Assembly (NCBI GenBank): GCA_963575745.1
Contig: CAUYUJ010000130.1
Coordinates: forward strand, 1 to 64,000
Origin: Prorocentrum cordatum
Lineage: Eukaryota
Direction of reading: 5' to 3'
Length of the DNA: 64,000 nucleotides
Below are positions 58,551 to 64,000 of this stretch, in pieces (the stretch's first letter is position 1; each line of letters opens with the position of its first letter). A model generated the notes under the pieces. It searched no databases. It was not told where the DNA came from and was given only the letters and a program-made list of their open reading frames with translations. The position numbers were made by a program, and so were the translations under genes.

Positions 58551-60480
58551 TTAATTGCTTCGCTCATTCCGCCGGCCCATAATTCCTCGCCGGTGTCATT
58601 TGTCGATGTGTTGTTGTCAATGCGGTGCCGTGGGGCGGCTGCCATTATTCGGTGGCGGTGGGTGGCGGGTCATAGGCCTTGTGGATGTTGGTTGGTGCGA
58701 TTTTTTTCTTTTGTGACTAATTGCTTTCTTTTTTTTATTCATTTTTCTTTCTTTCACCATCCTTTCTCCCTCTTTTTTTTTTTTTTTTTTTTTTTTGTTT
58801 TTTTCTTTTTTTTTTTCCTTCTATTTTTTTTCCGTTTTCTTTTTCTTTGCTTTTTTTCCTTTTAACTATCCCTTTTTTGCATTTTTTTCTTTGTTTAATC
58901 CCGTTTTTCTTTTTTTGCTCTTCGTTTTCTGCTTTCTCCTCTTTTGATTTTCCTTGTTTTGTCAATGTTTTCTCTCAGGGGCCTTTTGGGAGGCAGTTTT
59001 GAGGCCTCTTGGGGGCCGTGCTGGGGCCTCTTGGGGTTTCTTGGGGCTTCTTAGGGTGCTTGTTGGGGGCCCCTCGGGGCCTCTCGGGGGCTTCTTGGGG
59101 CCTCCTGGGGGCCTCATGGGGCTCAAGGCTGGACTTTTCGGTTCCTGGCTTCCTTTTGGGGCCCCTCTTGGGGCCGTTTTGGTGCCCTCTTGGGACGTCT
59201 TGGGGCCTTCTTGGGCTCTCTTGGGCCTATTTTGGGGGCGTTGGCCCTTCTGGAGACGATGTTGGAGGCCTCTGGGGTAGTTCTGGACGCTGTGCTCCCC
59301 CAAACATCGTACATGCGAATGATGTGCGTTTTCCAAACGGAATGGGGTGATTGTTGCTTGTTGGGGCCCTCTTGGAACATTTCTTGAGGCTCTCTTGGGG
59401 CTTTTTCGCGGCCTCTGGGGCCATCTGGAGACTATTTTGAGCGTCTTGGAGCGATATTTCAGCGCTCCTGGGGGAGTCGGCCGGACATCGGCCAGGGTAC
59501 TTGTCGTCCAGGGGTCCCTAGCGGCCGCCACGCGCGCGCGAACTAGAAATACAGTTCTCCTGTTACACGAGATCTTAGCACGCCTCTGGCCCGAGGGGAC
59601 GTGACTGGGGAACGAGGGATGATGCCGACTTTATTGAATCGCTTTGCTTATTCCGCCAGCCCATATTGTCTCGCCGCTGTTGTTTGTCGGGGTGTTGTTG
59701 TCAATGCGGTGCGTTTGGGCGGCTGCCATTTTTCGGGGGCGGTGGGTGGTGGGTCAGAGTCCTCACGGATGGTGGTTGGGCTCTCGTGGTTGGCCTTTCA
59801 GGGGCCTTTTGGGAGGCAGTTTTGAGGCCTCTCGGGGGCCGTGTTGGGGCCTCTTGGGGTTTCTTGGGGGCCTCTGAGGGCTTCTTGGGGTGCTTGCTGG
59901 GGGGCCCTTGGGGCCTCTCGGGGGCCTCTTGGGACCTCCTGGGGGCCTCCTGGGGCTCAAGGCTAGACTTTTCGGTTCCTGGATTCCTTTTGGAGCCCCT
60001 CTTAGAGCCGTTTTGCCTCTTGGGGGCCCTTCCTGGGGGCTTCTTGGGAGGGAGCCTCTTAGGCCATCTTGGAGCGTCGGGAAGCCGAAAAAGGAGAAAC
60101 CCGAATATGTGTCCAAGTCCTAAGGCAAATCACATCATTTTGCCGCTTGGAGCCCTCTTGGGAGTGTTTTTTGGAGGCCTTTGGGGGCGTCTGGAGGCCA
60201 TGGTGGGCGTCTTGGGGCGATCTTGTGGCCTCGTCGGCCGATCTTTCGAGGAACCAAAGGGCTTTTGGACCTTCTGGGCGCTCTCTTGAGGCCGTCTTGG
60301 GCGCCTCTTGGGCCGTCTGGGGGGGCTCCAGCATCTCTGACGGGCACTTGCCGGGACTTTGGCGGGGTACTTGTCGCGTCGGGGCCCCCAGGGGCCGCCT
60401 CGCGCGCGCGAATTCGTTATATTGTTAACTTGTTACTGGGGATCTTAGCGCCCCTCTGGCCCGTTGGGCCGGCGAATTTT
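58551..60480. repeat. Two tandem ~0.9-1 kb copies of a GGGCCTCTTGG-rich repeat element; related sequence at ~62810-62945
   Basis: 58560-59600 and 59640-60480 are colinear (gcttattccgcc..., caggggccttttgggaggcagttttgaggcct, gatcttagc..ctctggcccg). Confidence 0.75.
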
Positions 60481-62574
60481 GGGGTGGCGAGCTTTGGCCC
60501 ACGGTACGCGATAGAGATCGCAGCAATTGCCGGTAGCGATGGGGAATCGAGGACGAGCAGGCGAAGGAGGACGAGGACGATGAGCAGGATAAGGGGCGAA
60601 CGAATGTGAGCAGGGAGCATGATGAGGGATGTTGAGGCGGTGAAGTAACCAGGAGGGCTGAAGTGGACGTGATAGCATGATGAGTTGGAGCATGATGTGC
60701 TGATGATCACAGTGGTGATGATGGAGATGACGATAAGGATGGCGATGATGCTGGTGATTGTAGTGGTAATGATGATGCTTATGCTGGAAATGCAGATGAC
60801 GAGGATGCTGCTGATGTCAGCGCCAATGGGTGCCGATGCATATTCAGCTGGTTCAGGTTTTGAGGATGGCAATGATCCAGACGATGCTAATCATGACAAG
60901 CATGCGGACCAGATGACGGCGCCCAACATCACGTCGGCGACGGCGCCGATGACGGCTACCTTGATGGAGGTTGCGTTCATGGCAACATCGTGGATCATGC
61001 AAGTCATGCCGCATATGATGAGATTGGTGCCAGCGACCACGTCCGCGATTTTCGTTGATGATGATTATAGTGGTGGAGTTTGTGATGATGACAATAAGGC
61101 GATTCTGTTGCTCATGACTAAGACTATGGCGTTGATGGGGTTGGATAACGTTTGCTGGTGATGGGGGTGATGGTTCGGTTGATTTCAATGACGACGAGGA
61201 TAATGAGGGCGGTGTTGATGACGAGGAGGGGTGAAGGATGGATGCAAGGATGGAGGACAAAGAAGAGGATCAAGAGACGGAGCAGGAGGAGCGGGCTGAG
61301 GAGGAGTTGAAGGAGGAGGCAGGAGAGGTAATGCACAAACGATGCTGCAATACACCCTCAACTCCAAGGGCACCTCCTCGTGCATCTCTACAAGTAGTCC
61401 TTTCCAATACGGGAGACACTTCCCTCGAATGACGAGCCCCTGGTGGGCCTGCTACTCAGGCGCCACCAAGTTTTGTAAAGGATCCACCCGTCTTTTTCGC
61501 TTGAAGAAACGCAGAGACGCAAAGAGGCAGGATGGTAAAGTTGAAGGAATTGCCCATCGATGTCCTCACTTTGACATTCTTCACGCTTCGCTGGACGGAT
61601 CCTCGTTCCGTCCCAGCCGGCCAAGCAGGTCTATGCCGTCGACACGGCCTTGGCCCAGCCGACCTGGCAGGTCTACACCGTCGACACGGCCATGGCCCTT
61701 GGCGCCCCCTGGCGACTCGACCAGCGTGTACCTCGCCTTCCCCACCACCGTGTCTGTGAGGAATGTACGTGCAGGCTATCCCTACCTGTCCCGACAAGCA
61801 CCTCCACCGGAGTGGACTGACGCCGCAGCGCGTAACACAGAATTCCCTGGCATTTTTCCGCAGGGTTGCACGATGCCCGAGCTTCCCTGGGTGTTGCAGT
61901 TCAGCCAGCCACCCCCCCGCCGTGGCTGTCACAGCTGCTGCTTTTGCGAGCTGGCCCGGCCGGCTCGCGCTGCGCCCAGCAGCTAATTAGGTTTGCCCGA
62001 CTCCCTGTTCGCCGCCTGCGCTCTCGGCTCGCGGCCGCGACCACAAAGTATCCCCACCAGCGGCCCGTCGGCGTTCGGTAATTCGGCTCTTGCGCGGCCC
62101 GCTCGGACCTGAGTCGCCGCTGGCGCTCTCGCTTGCGGTTGCGACAAAACTATCCCCACCAGCTGGCCGTGTCTGTCGTTGCCGCCGGTTTGGCGGGACG
62201 CTGCCCAGTTGGTTTGTTCAGGAGTGGTTCAACCTTCTTGGCCTGCCATGTGTGTTCGTCCCAGTTGGCCTGCAGCCTAGCACGTTGGACTGTTTATGCA
62301 GCCCCGCGCTTCGCCACGATTGTGGCGCGTCGAACTCGGGCGCCTGGTGCGACAAGGTCAAATTCTTCACGCTTCGCGTATCCCCACCAGCCCATCTCAA
62401 AACAACAACTCTAGCGAAGCATGCCGACAGTCGTGTTTTTCATGCGTGTTTCCGCCTGCCCCCGCATATCTCCCCTGTTCCTCCTTCCTCCCGCCTCCTT
62501 GTACATCCTCCTTGTGGTGGGAGCGGGAAAAGGACGAGGCGGAGGAGGAGGGAGAGAAAACGCTCCTCGCGGTT

Positions 62575-62750
62575 TGAGTCGTTCGGGCTTCTCGTCCTGG
62601 TGTGAGTCGTTCGGGCCCGTCTTCCTGGTGTGAGTCGTTCGGGCTCTTCGTGGTGTGAGTCGTTCGGGCTCTTCGTCCTGGTGTGAGTCGTTCGGGCTTC
62701 TCGTGGTGTGAGTTGTTCGGGCCCTCGTCCTGGTGTGAGTCGGTCGGGCC
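62575..62750. repeat. ~25-29 bp tandem repeat (tggtgtgagtcgttcgggc...), about 7 copies
   Basis: Directly visible. Confidence 0.9.
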
Positions 62751-64000
62751 CCTCCTCCTGCCCGTCCAGAAACGACGCCCAGGCGAGTAGAGGGTCGTCC
62801 TGATGGGCTTTTCGGCGTCTTGGGTGCCTCGGGGGGGCCTCTTTGGGCCGTTTGGGATCCTCTTGGGGGCCTCCCGGGGGCCTCTTGGGGCCGTCTTGGG
62901 GCCTCTTGGTGCCTCCTGGGCGCTTCTTGGGGCCATCTTGGAGGAAATCGATCAAAGAAGAGAAGAGCTTTAATTAGCGCTGCCCCCTCAGAAGGCCAAA
63001 ATGGGGCCAAAACCTTACTAAAATCAATGATTTTGGCTTGAAAGAAGAGGGGAGCTTTAATTAGCGCTGCCCCCTCAGAAGGCCAAAATGGGGCCAAAAC
63101 CATAGTAAACTCAATGATTTTGGCTTCAAAGAAGAGGTTTTTTTTTTTCTCCCCCCCCCGTCGGGGCCAGAATCCTCGTGAGGGGTGTCGTTTTTTAGCC
63201 CTCCCAGGGGTCGAAAAAGACCCCTCCAACCACCCGCGAAAGGACCTCTCCAGGTCCAGGGGGAGGGGGTAGGGGGAGGGGTAAACCCATCCCCGAAGGG
63301 GAAGAAGGGGGTTGAGAACAGAGCGGGCTCTCTAAACCACTCACGCCCAAAGGGCTGGTGGGATTCGTTGAATGTGTGTTTCTGGACGCCCTGCGCGCGG
63401 TCGGCCGCGCGCCTTGCACGCAGATCTAGATCATGTAAACGTTGCTGGATCTGCCCTCCCATCTTTTTCCTCCGCGGCCGCCCTCTTCTCGTCCATCCAG
63501 CCGTGGCTAGGTCGCTGCCCGCGTGGCCCGCCGGCTGTCCGAACGCGTTAGGCTCGCCAGCGCCGCGAAGAGAAGTTATCAGGGCGCCCCAGTTTCGAGA
63601 CCCAACGCGAGGCGGCCCCTGATTCTGTCCGTCGGCGCTATAGTTTTCGTAAGGCGCGCGCTCGCGCCCCGACCAGCGCTTCAAGCATTTGCAGGTTAGT
63701 GGGGCCGTATGTTCAGAGTACTGTTTCCCTAATTGTTGTGGTTCGTGTTCATGCGGTATTGTCTCCAATCACCATGAGCAACTTCCCAGGTGCAGCGAAA
63801 CAGTAAGCCTTACGTTCGTGCGCGCGACGTTCTCTTGCAACCGAAAACGAGGATGGGAAAATAAGGAGCGGGAAACGTTATGCCCACGCAGAGCTTCATG
63901 CAATTGAGCAGCATCGCATTCAGGATTCATCTGCCTGACATGACTTGGAGATGAGATATAGAGGAGCAGTTCATTGTGTGTTGGGTATTGGTTTGTTTGT

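Noticed and set aside
58700..58970. Phe-rich or Lys-rich ORFs
   Set aside because: Poly-T low-complexity patch, absent from the sister repeat copy, likely noisy sequence.
60500..61330. Met/Asp-rich ORF at 60685-61161
   Set aside because: Degenerate (GAT)n/(GAG)n low-complexity sequence with no domain signal.
62995..63091. SL-like GCCAAAATGG matches (also 5827-5836)
   Set aside because: Only 10 nt, flanks do not match, and the two near 63 kb belong to a local duplication.

Overview
Repeat-dense, GC-rich eukaryotic DNA, almost certainly from a dinoflagellate: it has exact 22-nt DinoSL spliced-leader copies and AG|G acceptors with GC donors. Nearly the whole window is intronic to a plus-strand Rab11-family (Rab11B-like) GTPase gene, seen as three phase-compatible micro-exons (328-369, 24477-24508, 36871-36961). 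The introns contain: (i) two full-length minus-strand EN-RT-RNaseH LINEs, each starting exactly with a DinoSL and embedded in (CCT)n tracts; (ii) a 16.1-kb Copia-order LTR retrotransposon (38021-54118) whose polyprotein also carries a Tpt1/KptA RNA 2'-phosphotransferase domain, a RING-H2 finger and cytosine-methyltransferase-like domains, and whose sense strand has about 30 covarying GC-NN-G-GNRA-C-N'N'-GC hairpins; (iii) head-to-tail Helentron-like non-autonomous elements with 73-bp and (GCTGAG)n internal repeats, one of them split by the LTR element; (iv) MITEs, mini- and microsatellites, a Cys-rich gene fragment and a 100-N gap. All domain calls come from reading motifs by eye; no database searches were run.
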